From the NCBI RefSeq assembly GCF_000143415.4, contig NW_003314385.1:339296-403295 (forward strand): a DNA stretch of 64,000 nucleotides, in the 5' to 3' direction. The position numbers were made by a program, and so were the translations under genes. Below, one piece after another: positions 36,791-47,001 of the stretch. Origin of the DNA: Selaginella moellendorffii (Eukaryota > Plantae > Lycopodiophyta). The notes under the pieces were generated by a model, which saw only the letters and a list, made by a program, of their open reading frames with translations, made no database searches and had not been told where the DNA came from. Position 1 is the first letter of the stretch. Every line of letters begins with the position of its first letter.

Positions 36791-39517
36791 GGGTTGATCA
36801 TCATTTAACCAAGCAACTTCGTAAACACATTGCTCATTATCACATGGATATGATATAGAAATCACAATGACTTGATCATTGATTGAGCAACACCACAAGC
36901 AATGCCAATGTCATTACTTCAAAGGTTTATGTGAGTATAAAGTGCCAACTCAATTTGACAAAATGCAACAAAAATGCCACACTCCACCGATAAAGATTTA
37001 CAACACCCAACATCACTAACTTTTGTTCACAACACGGACAAGCTCATGCCACTCTCTTTCCGACCAAACTCAACACTAATCCAATACCAAACTACTCAAG
37101 GAGCAATAGCAAGGTTCCCCGAAAAAGAATTGAGCATTGCAGCCCCAGTCTTCCATAGCAAGCCTAGACAAAATGGTATAACGTTTCACTGCTATCCATT
37201 CCACAACTCACCATTTGTAAGACCATCATTTCCAACATGCATCAAGATAGGGACTCTTGATTGCATGATGTGAACACAAGTAATGAGTTAACACCTCGTT
37301 GCAGATCATCTCTCCAAGAAGAGAAAATGATTTACATATTTGATCCTCCATCCCCGATGACTCTCTTTTCGGTCTCATCTTTGACCAAACCTCAAGCTTG
37401 CTTTCGCACTGCCTTCAGTTCAAACCAAGAAAAGTTTATGAGAGAGCACGGCCATGATTACTTGAACCAATAGATTAATCCCTATAGTCTTGATTGATCC
37501 ACTTATAATCATGCCTAGGAAGGATCCACTAGTGCCGTGCTAAACAGCTTATTTGCCACTCATAGCAAACTCAGGGAAAGTTTACTTTCACCCACGGTAC
37601 ATGGAACAACTCATGGAACCACCGATAGGCTAACATTAATCTTGCCAACTCAAAGTGTAACCTCGAGTTGCTAATGTGCCTCACTCACGAGCTCAAGCTT
37701 AAACTCGTGCTACCGGAACAACTCAAATCCATCCTATGAGCCCAAGCGCAAGCTCACATCATAAGGTACAATAAGGTAATAATATCCATACCCAAGGAAC
37801 CAATTGCGAAGCCTTTACACCCAAACGTGTACCCACTCGGATCATCATTTTCATCTCTGCGTATGCAACAAGACTAGTTGCCCAATCTCATTGAATAGTA
37901 CTCGCTGAGACTCATCCTCTGATACCAAATGTAGCGCATATGGTTTTGACCCTTTATCCTATGGTGATTTACCATAGGATAACACCACGAAGCGGAACCT
38001 AAACCCTCTTTGTGCCACGTGACAGATGCCACGTGTCACATACCACGTGTCCATGCCACGTGTCCATAAGAACCCGAGGTTCAGGGCCTTGGGCCACTGA
38101 ACGAAGGAACGGTGCCAAACTCCCAAGTGTGACGCCAAGGAGTGATGGAACCGGACCATGGAGCAACTCCCGAGCATATAGCCCAAGGAGCGAAGGGACA
38201 GGAGCCCGGAGCGACTTGGAACAGTCCTGGAGCAACCAGCATCCCAATGCCAGGACCAGTACGCAAAACGGAGCCAAACGGAGTCTAGCGCTATTTCGGC
38301 ATACCGGTGACCTAACGTGAGGATATGGGTACTCCACCAGCTAGCATGGAATGGAACTTGGGCTTAGACCCAAGCCGGACGCAGAACAAGGACAGGCACG
38401 CAAGCGAGAGTTAAACTATGCCTCAGGTTGGTGGGCCATGCCCGACCTACCCCCTTTCCCTTCTATACATTTGGAACCCCCCAAAGGCCCCCCCCCCCCC
38501 CCCCCTTGAGGAACACACGCTTTGGGCTTTCACCCCAAGCTTCCCTTAGTACCAGGAGTTAGTCTCTAGGATAAGCTCGAAACTTACTAAATATGGAATG
38601 TCCCTAGATTGCGAATTTGGACATGGGACGAACACCATTGTGTTCAGGACGATCTCTACATTCCGTAGATATGCCAAATGAGCAAATCTGGACACTTTCC
38701 ATAAATAGCATTTGGGACCAAAATGAGACTAACACAAAGTGCATGATAGCGAGGGTGTTTGGCAGACACGGTAAGCTATCATCTAGCGAATATTGAGGGA
38801 CCAAGCTCAATATCGCGGGGGTTCCCAACACTAGCAAGTGCAAGTCAACATCATGAGTTTCTCATCACCGTGTCAAGTTTGCTTGACTAAATGACAACTT
38901 AGGATTTCCTTCCTTAGTGCCCTTCCGGTCTAAGTGCACATGTGATGACCAGTTTCTCAACTAGCTTAGGCGGAGACTAATAACGGGTCCAGCAATACCG
39001 ACCTCCTACCATCGTGGCAGTAAGGTAAGAGTGTCCATAAGGACTGGCCGACAGGTAACTTTCGATACCTGAAGTCACATTCGCGACAAGTCCCTCCTCC
39101 TCGCGTTAGGCCACCAGTATGCCAAAATTGTGCCAGACTCTGTCTGACACCATTTTGCGTGTAGGTGCTGGATATGGGGAGCTGGTGCTTGTGGGATTGA
39201 ATCGGACCCTCATTCGTAGCACAATGGGCTTGGAGTTAGGCTCCAAATTCAGGTGCACTACACTTGGGCTGTATGCTCAGGAGTTGCTCTGTGGTTCAAT
39301 TCCGTCACTTCTTAGCTCCATGGTTGGGAGTTTGGCACCGTTCCTTCATTTAGTGGCCTAAGGCTTTGAAACTCGGGTTCCACACCACTATCCTTTGGAC
39401 ACGTGGCATGTGACACATGGCATATAACACGTGGCATATAGAGGGTTTAGGTTTCACTTTGTGGTTATCCTATGGTAAATCACCATAGGATAAAGGGTCA
39501 AAACCACGTGCGCTACA

Positions 39518-40453
39518 TTTTGTATCAGAGGATGAGTCTCGGCGAGTACTATCCAATGAAATTGGGCAACTAGTCTCATTGCATATGCAAAAATGAGAAT
39601 GATGATCCGAGTGGGTACACGTTTGGGTGCAAAGACTTTGCAATCGTTCCTTAGGTATGGATTTTGGTTACACTTTGAGCTAATAAGATGGATTTGAGGT
39701 GTACCATTTTGCATGAGTTTGCGCTTGGGTTCATGAGTGAGGCACATTAGCAACTCAAGGTTACACTTAGAGTTGACAAAATTAATATTAGCCTATTGGT
39801 GGTTCCATGAGTTATTCCTTGTACCATGGGATAAAGTAAACCTCCCCTAGGTTTGCATAGAGTGGTGAATAGGCTGGTCAGTAGATGTTTAGCACAGCAC
39901 TAGTGGATCCTTCCTAGATATGATTACAAGTGGATCAACCAAGATTATAAAGATTAGTCTATTGGTTCAAGTAATCATTGCCGTACTCTCTTATCAACTT
40001 TTCTTGGATTGGACTGAAGGCAATGCGAATGCAAGCTTGAGGTTTAGTCAAAGATGAAACCGAAAGAGAGTCATCAGGGATGAAGAATCAAACACGTAAA
40101 TCATCTTCTCTTTTGGAGAAATGATTTGCAATGAGGTGTTAACATATTGTTCGTGTTCACATTATGCAATCAAGAGTCCCTATCTTAATGCATGTTGGAA
40201 ATGATGGTTTTGCAAGTGGTGAGTCATGGGATGGATAGCGGTGAAGCATTAAACCATTTTGTCTAGGTTTATAATTAAAGACTTGGGTTGCAATGCTTAA
40301 TTCTTTTTTAAAGAACTTTGTTATTGCTCCTTGAGTAGTTTGGTGTTAAAATAGTTTTGAGTTTGGTCAGAAAAAAAGTGGTATGAACTTGTCCGTGTTG
40401 TAAAAAAAAGTTAATAGTGTTGGGTGTTGCAAGTCTCTATTGGTAGAGTGTGG
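39518..40453 (+). mobile_element. 5' internal region of a family C element, truncated
   Basis: Reverse complement of ~36977-37929; begins with the PBS. Confidence 0.85.
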
Positions 40454-42176
40454 AACAAAAGGGTAAAACCTCATTTGATTTTGATCTTCAGTACGGATAC
40501 AAACTGTGAAAGCATGGCCTATCGATCCTTTAGTGTTTCCAAATTTGAAGCTAGAGGTGTCAGAAAAGTTGTCTTCCACCTTTAAAACATGCCCATCTCC
40601 CATCTCTATCATTGCAGTCATAAACTTGTCGCTCGTCCAGAGAAGAAGCCTACACTGTGAACACTTGTACTGGCAGTCTCTAACAGGAGTTGGCCTTCCA
40701 GAGGCAGCATCCGGACGTAGCGTGACAACGTCGATACCTCCTTTCCCTGTACTGAAAGCCAGTCTAGCTTGGCCCTTGCTATCTGGTTCCCAGCACCATG
40801 CACTGATAAAGAGCTTGGCTCTGGTTCCATACTCATCATCTGGAACCCGGTAATAAGGTCTCGGACGCTCTTCGGGATCCCCCACTGTATCTCTGAAGTC
40901 TAGCAAGCTGAATGCCACTAAGTTTGCTGGATAAGTCGTCGTGCCGATGGCCCTTGCGTCGACAAGTACAATCTCACCGAGCCGAAGCAGTAGCACGAAC
41001 CCCAGGAATGCGGGCATCTCCACGACACCATAAGTTAGAAAATCGATGGCCGGCTCTCCAGAAGGATGATACCGTGCTCCCAAGTGTATCGAACGCTCAT
41101 TCGTGTCGCAAAGTAGAACTTGCAGTTCGTTCGACAGAGCACCCTTCCTGTAAGGAACACTCCCGAGTTACTCTCAATCCTGGTGAGCAGAAAATTATCT
41201 AGGCTCTGTGTACCTATGCAAAATTACCGCGAGCAAAAGCTGGTGGGATTCCTCTGGGCTAGCAACAAAGGCCATGCTCCATATCGTTCCCCATCCATAC
41301 GTTGACTCTGCGTCATTTGCTACGTTACCCGGTGCTGGATATGTTATGGCCTGAAGGAAGGGTGTCAGGCAACTAGTACCAGAAAGAAAAACACACTAGC
41401 CTTCTCGACGACATTCTCCCCAGCTGCAACAGAGGTAGGAAATATTGCTACCAAATCTTCGATAGCAGAAACCGCTACAGCGCGAGATCTGTATCACAAA
41501 AGGTTTCCTATGAAATAAAACGTTCGACTTTATCGCACCTGGAGTCGACAGCAAGTAGCCATCCGAGCTCGCGAAGAGAAGTCCCGGGATGAGAGAGATG
41601 AATTTGACTGACAGCCACAAACCTGTAAAAGAGAAAGAGAAAACAGGTAAGAAGAGCGAAAAAAACCTTGATTTTTCTAATTCCATGGTACCTGTGCAGA
41701 TCGACACTGAAAGTCAGGAAGGAGAGTTTTCCGGAATCTGAAAGCAGCACGAGTAAGTCCTTGCCGTAGGTCTATGATAGAGAGATGGAACATTAGTTAA
41801 CAGTAGACTATAGCACAGTACATCGTTCTAAAGCATAGAATTTTATCTTACCTGCGAGTAAGGAGCTCGACGATGTTCATTCCAAGGGAGCAATTTCATG
41901 TCCTTGATGATTCCAAACACACTCTGCTCACACACCGGCTGCACGCTCCCATCTTCGACGAGCACGACAAGCTCCAGGGCGGTCTCCTGTGCGCAAATTC
42001 CAGCTCAAAACCAAGATAGATGGAGCTCCTACCTTGCCGAAGACCACCTCCAGCATCAGCGGCGATCGAATGTGGCCGCACACAGCATAAGAGACGACGC
42101 TGCTCTTCTGGAGGCATTTGGCGAGATAGAGAACCTCGCTGTCGTCCTCGGCAGCGCTCGCGTCCTGGACTGCCAT
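40454..42176 (-). pseudogene. 3'-truncated SF3B3/RSE1/CPSF-A-family beta-propeller gene (similar to Arabidopsis At3g11960 as recalled)
   Basis: Exons 42176-42033, 41986-41852, 41771-41692, 41622-41539, 41488-41401, 41350-41214 and 41147-~40470 splice in frame. Motifs YLAKC..VVFGKET, GKDLL..LSDSGKLSFL, W.WEP, EMGDG. Runs into TE sequence after ~450 aa. Confidence 0.85.
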
Positions 42177-42425
42177 GGCTTTGCGAACTTTAGGGCATTA
42201 TGTTAACCTAAAATGTCTACGAATATTCCCACTTTTACCCTTTCATTTTATAAGCAATGTTTTAAGAGACATTGGAATCGACAATGGAGTACGAATATTT
42301 CCAACTGATTCTTGAGATAATCCCGCATCAGCATTAAGACTTCATCTGTAGTCGTCATGGAATCTCTCTATTGTTTCATATGTTTATCTGGGATCCTATA
42401 ATGGAGCATTGATAGAAACATTTTA

Positions 42426-43337
42426 TTAAATCAAGCAAACTTTTGTGGAAGCCCACATTTGGTATATCCATGGTTTAAGATGGAATATTTTTTGATAACT
42501 TGCATATAAAACTAATCTACAATCATCTTGAAGTATTAAATATGAATTTACAAAACAATTTTTAGTTTTGCAATTTGTATTTGATGCCCATAAAGATTGC
42601 TCATTTTCTTCATATAGAACTAGATTACCATCTTCCTGGAGCCTCAACTTACAATTTGTACCTCTATTTGCAGTTTTGGTAGACCATAATATAAGATTTT
42701 TATAATATAATATTAAATTACAAATGCTATTTACATATAAATGTGCTTTTCCATTTGGGGAAATTAAAAAAGAATTTTCTGACAAATACTGACGTGGCAT
42801 ATTGATATAGCCACTTATTAATGTACTAAGAAAAATATTACATTTAAGCATGTTACCAACTGAAGTTAATAATTCAGGTCTACGAGGGATATAATTTCTT
42901 ATCATATATTGAAAAGCATAATGTTCAGTAACAACAGTAACATAAGAAGCAGCAACATTTACTATTTGACTATAAGCTTCTTCCAAAAGTGCACCTAACT
43001 CACCTCTTATAAGAGATCCAGGATCAGTACCACCAGCTGCATTCATTGCACATTTTGCAAATGATCGTTCAACTCTGCTATAAATCCAAAGACTAATAGC
43101 AATAGTTGTACTAGTTCCATCGTCATTTTCAAATACAGCTGTACCATCTTGTCTTTGACCTCTTGGATAATTATCATTGGCTATGAAAGCAATCATTCCT
43201 CCAATACCATTTAAAATCGCACGAACAGAGTCGTCATCTAATGCATTTAACTCACCATAATCAATTTGATAAGAGGATTGTACTTGTGAAAAAAAACTAG
43301 ATAATAAAAATAAATTAAAAAAATAAATAAAATTCAT
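42426..43337 (-). CDS. Secreted protein: signal peptide, unrecognised ~130-aa domain, C-terminal bulb-type (GNA/B) lectin domain
   Basis: 303-aa intronless ORF with a hydrophobic N-terminus. QEDGNLVLY, LWASNT and QDDCRLVLY match the QxDxNxVxY repeat. Confidence 0.88.
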   Translation of the reverse strand: MNFIYFFNLFLLSSFFSQVQSSYQIDYGELNALDDDSVRAILNGIGGMIAFIANDNYPRGQRQDGTAVFENDDGTSTTIAISLWIYSRVERSFAKCAMNAAGGTDPGSLIRGELGALLEEAYSQIVNVAASYVTVVTEHYAFQYMIRNYIPRRPELLTSVGNMLKCNIFLSTLISGYINMPRQYLSENSFLISPNGKAHLYVNSICNLILYYKNLILWSTKTANRGTNCKLRLQEDGNLVLYEENEQSLWASNTNCKTKNCFVNSYLILQDDCRLVLYASYQKIFHLKPWIYQMWASTKVCLI

Positions 43338-43960
43338 AATTAGTAATATGTAGTACTAAGATTTTATTATAGTAATTTTCTTGACAACCCCCTTATCCCA
43401 TATCCATATATATGTAGTATTAGCTTGTATTTTAACGTTTCATACAATCATTCAAGTAAAATAAAAAAGTGGTGTAATCCTTGAGAATTGCTTCATTATT
43501 AAACGACAAAGGCGGGGAAGAAGGCGGGAAGCTCTCTGGCGGAAGTCTAAGAATATAAAAATGTCCCAAACTAAACTTAGAGTAATCTTGTCTATCCAAC
43601 TGGATATCACTCTGGAGCTCCAGGCAACCTTGTCCACGCGACACTGTCTGCCGGCTCAGCTCTCCAGATCTTGCAATGGTATCTGCCATGAAACCATAGA
43701 GCTCATAACTTGGACTCAAGCCTCGGCTCTAAGTGCTCGGAACCGCAAATGCAGTGAGCTCGTCAGGCTTGATGCCATCAAGCACCATGAGCTGGAAGAA
43801 ATGAAATGAATCTTGCATTAGACCATTCTGGACATACGCCTGGATCATAGAATTATCGAATGAAAAACGTTGCCAACCTCCTGCACAAGCCAGCGGCCGT
43901 CCCATAGGTATGTCAACCTAAGAAGTTCCCACTGTTTTCAGTGGCTTCACGGAATATGTT

Positions 43961-45856
43961 ATGCCCGTGAAATGGCGCGACGAAGAAACGCTCCATTACC
44001 TCTCGCGAGCCGTGAGATCTTGTGGGATCAATCGGGACCTCGCGGAGGGCAAGCGCATCCACGCAAGAATTCTCGAAGGAAGCCACAGCAAAAACAGGTA
44101 TCTCACCAATCTCCTCATCGAGATGTATGGGAAATGTGGCAGCCTCGAAGACGCACAATCGGTGCTCGACTCCATCGACAACCCAAATCGCTTCTCCTAC
44201 ACGCTCATGATCCAGGCGTATGCCCACAGCGGCCACGCCCGGTTCATGCGCCAGGCGCGATTCTTGCTGGATCGAATGCCTGAGGCCGACGCTGTCGCAG
44301 CCAACATCATGATCAAGGGATACATACGACTGGGCGATCTTTGCAGCGCCCAAGAGATCTTTGACCGGATGGATCACAAGACGCTGGCAACCTCAAGCCT
44401 CATGATCGCGGCATATGCCCAATGTGGGCATCTCTACGAATCCTGGAACTTGTTCTTACGAATGGAAAGCCGGGACTTTCTTATCTGGACGGCACTTGTG
44501 ACTGCGTGTGCTGATATTGGTAAACTCGACGAAGCTCTTCGAGTGCTTCATCAGATGCCCAAGTGGGATGTTGTCCCGTGGACTGTTGTTCTTACAGCAT
44601 TTGCCCGGATTGGGCATTATGATTCTGCTAGAAGACTATTTGATAGTATGCCGTACACAGATAGGATCTCTCAAAATGCAATGCTCAATGTGTATGGACA
44701 AGATAATAGAACTCATGAATTGAAACAGCTCTTCCACAACATGCCCGAGCGGGATATCATAAGCTGGACTTCTATGATGGCTGCAAATGCCACACAAGGT
44801 AATGTGGACGATGCGCGAGGCTTGTTTGACAGGATCCCGCAGCGGAATACTGTGGCATGGAACACCATGATCCAGGCTTACGCCGAGAAGAAAAACCTCC
44901 ATGAGGCTCTCTCGATGTTCATGGCGATGGAGCAGCCGGATGTCATCTCCTGGACGCACCTTATTGCTGCCTTCTCTGAAAATGGATTCCTTGATCAAGC
45001 AAAGTTCATGTTTGACAGGATCCCTCTGCGAGATATGGTCTCTTTCAATGGAATGCTTGCGGCTCTCCTCAAGAACGATCGTCTTGACGATGCCAAGGCA
45101 ATGTTTAATGAGATCCCGGAGAGAAACCTGGCATCCTGGAATCTCTTGATCGGTGGGTTCTCGGACCGAGGAGAGCTTGACGCCGTGAAGCATTCGCTGG
45201 AGATAATCCCGCAGCGAGACTTCATCTCGTGGAACTCATTGGTGGCAGTCTATGTCCAAGCTCATCAGCTCGACCAAGCAAAAGCCGCTTTTGACGAGCT
45301 TCCCCAGCGAGATTGGTCGTCATGGAATCTCTTAGTCTCGGGTTACGCTCAAACAGGAAAACTCCAAACAGCGGCACAATGGTTCGGTCGAATGCCGCAG
45401 TGGAACGTTGTCTCATGGAACGCTCTCATCGCTGGTCATGCCAAGCATGGCGTCGAGTCGATTGCATTGAATCTCCTCTCGAGCATGAGCCTGGAAGGAG
45501 TAATACCAGACTCAACCACATTTAGCAGCGTTTTGGCCGTCTACAGCCACAAAGGGATGCTGGCCGCCTGCCGAGAAATCTTTGGACTCATGGTCCGAGA
45601 CCACTGGATCGATCCGAGCTTACAGCAGTTTTGCGGTGTGGTGGACGCCTTGGGCCGGAGTGGCAAGCTGAGTGAGGCTGAGGAGCTTGCGTCTGCCATG
45701 CCTTATTTGCCAAACCGTGCGGTATGCAATGCACTACTCGGTGCGTGTAACATCCATAGCGATGTGACTCGCGGTGAGAGAATGGCAAGCTGCGCAGTGG
45801 ATGTTGCTCCAAGCTCAGGTACCTCCTACGTGCTCTTGTCCAATATGTCCTCTTGA
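43961..45856 (+). CDS. PLS-class pentatricopeptide repeat protein with a partial E domain and no DYW
   Basis: 631-aa intronless ORF. NLLIEMYGKCGSL; tandem ~31-aa repeats (FDRIPQRNTVAWNTMIQAY); VDALGRSGKLSEAE..MPY.P; SYVLLSN. Confidence 0.93.
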   Translation: MPVKWRDEETLHYLSRAVRSCGINRDLAEGKRIHARILEGSHSKNRYLTNLLIEMYGKCGSLEDAQSVLDSIDNPNRFSYTLMIQAYAHSGHARFMRQARFLLDRMPEADAVAANIMIKGYIRLGDLCSAQEIFDRMDHKTLATSSLMIAAYAQCGHLYESWNLFLRMESRDFLIWTALVTACADIGKLDEALRVLHQMPKWDVVPWTVVLTAFARIGHYDSARRLFDSMPYTDRISQNAMLNVYGQDNRTHELKQLFHNMPERDIISWTSMMAANATQGNVDDARGLFDRIPQRNTVAWNTMIQAYAEKKNLHEALSMFMAMEQPDVISWTHLIAAFSENGFLDQAKFMFDRIPLRDMVSFNGMLAALLKNDRLDDAKAMFNEIPERNLASWNLLIGGFSDRGELDAVKHSLEIIPQRDFISWNSLVAVYVQAHQLDQAKAAFDELPQRDWSSWNLLVSGYAQTGKLQTAAQWFGRMPQWNVVSWNALIAGHAKHGVESIALNLLSSMSLEGVIPDSTTFSSVLAVYSHKGMLAACREIFGLMVRDHWIDPSLQQFCGVVDALGRSGKLSEAEELASAMPYLPNRAVCNALLGACNIHSDVTRGERMASCAVDVAPSSGTSYVLLSNMSS

Positions 45857-46116
45857 TAATAATTTAAAAATGTTTCTGTATTATTCTTGAATTCTTAGGC
45901 TACTATATATTATATGCTTGCAAACCTGGAAAAAATATTTTTATGTATTTTTATTACTAGTAAAATTATAAAAGTAGAGAAAAAAGATACTGGAAGAATT
46001 AATAACATATAAAAGGAAAGAGATATTTTATTTTATTGAAGGCTGATAGTTTAAATTGACTTATGCTATTTTTCAATGTGGCAATTAAAAGTAATATTAA
46101 ATATTTAATACAAATT

Positions 46117-47001
46117 TCAACAAAATGATTTTGAATCCCATGCAGGTTTGAATTTGGGATTACTACTAAACGTTTTTTGATATGCATAATATAAGACTAA
46201 ATTACAATCATTTTGCATGACTAAATATGCATCTTGATAACAATTATAATAATTACATTGAGTATTTGTAGCCCAAACAACAATTTTATTATATGAATAT
46301 AAAACTAAGTTTCCATCTTCTTGTAATCTTAAAATACAATTATTTCCCTTAATTAAAGTTTCTGGAGACCATAAATGTTTATCCTCTTTATATACACCTA
46401 AGTTGCAATCAAAACTCAAATATAAATATACTTTTCTATTTTCTGAGACTAAAAAATTTGTTGATAATAAGTATTGATGAGACATATCAGTATAACCACT
46501 TATTAAAAAACTTGAGAGAATGTTGCATTTAGTATGTTTCACTAAAACTTGTTGCCCTATTTGATGTTGCCTATTGTAGTTTCTAATAAAATAATAAATA
46601 ATAAATCTTTCAGTAGTTATAACAATAAATGAGGCAGCAAAATTATATATATCAGCAGTAGACTCATCTAAAATATTTTCTAATAAATATCTTACATTAG
46701 AGCCTAGAGTTCCTCTTCCTCTATAATACTCAACACCACAAATCTCTCCAATTGTATCTAGAAGGAAAACACCAAATCCAATATATGTTTGTCTTCAACC
46801 TATATGTGTAGCTATTATATGCCCATGAAAACTTTGACTTTGTGGAATTAAATCATTTGGTATTTTACCAATGGCACTTCTAATCCCTTGTAAAATAACA
46901 TATATAGTGCCTTCGCCTAGTACATTACTTTCTCCAGTTTCAAAATCAATACTTTCAGAAATTACAATTATTAGAATAAGAAATGGAATAATTCTATACA
47001 T
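46117..47001 (-). pseudogene. Paralog of the orphan-domain/B-lectin gene with one in-frame TGA
   Basis: Manual translation joins ORFs 46795-47001 and 46117-46542 in one frame; the only interruption is TGA at 46797-46795. Aligns to the 303-aa protein (GESNVL/GELNAL, AASFIVITTE/AASYVTVVTE, FIRNY/MIRNY, LRLQEDGNLVLY). Confidence 0.85.

Larger units (their letters stand above)
33106..39088 (-). mobile_element. C': non-coding (LARD-like) family C element with an aberrant left end, inserted in the D0 3' LTR
   Basis: TSD AGTCC at 33101-33105 and 39089-39093. 5' LTR 37930-39088. PBS 37918-37927 on the minus strand. About 4.6 kb strand-biased interior with no credible ORF. Confidence 0.85.
25938..39262 (+). 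mobile_element. D0: chromovirus (Ty3/gypsy) with an interrupted 3' LTR
   Basis: 5' LTR 25938-26828. PBS TGGTATCA at 26831. PPT before 32346. 3' LTR 32346-33105 plus 39094-39262. TSD CTTGG. Confidence 0.92.
25067..39517 (+). repeat. Family C LTR split by the D0 insertion (25067-25937 plus 39268-39517)
   Basis: Starts TGTCGC and ends GTGCGCTACA. TSD CTTGG on either side of D0. PPT upstream and mutated PBS (TTGTATCAGAG) downstream. Confidence 0.85.

Noticed and set aside
33310-37929. Short ORFs in the family C interior as genes
   Set aside because: All are under ~100 aa, have no recognisable motif, and their frames are not preserved between copies.
46795-46797. Selenocysteine TGA
   Set aside because: Land plants lack the Sec machinery, and the paralog has no Cys at this position.
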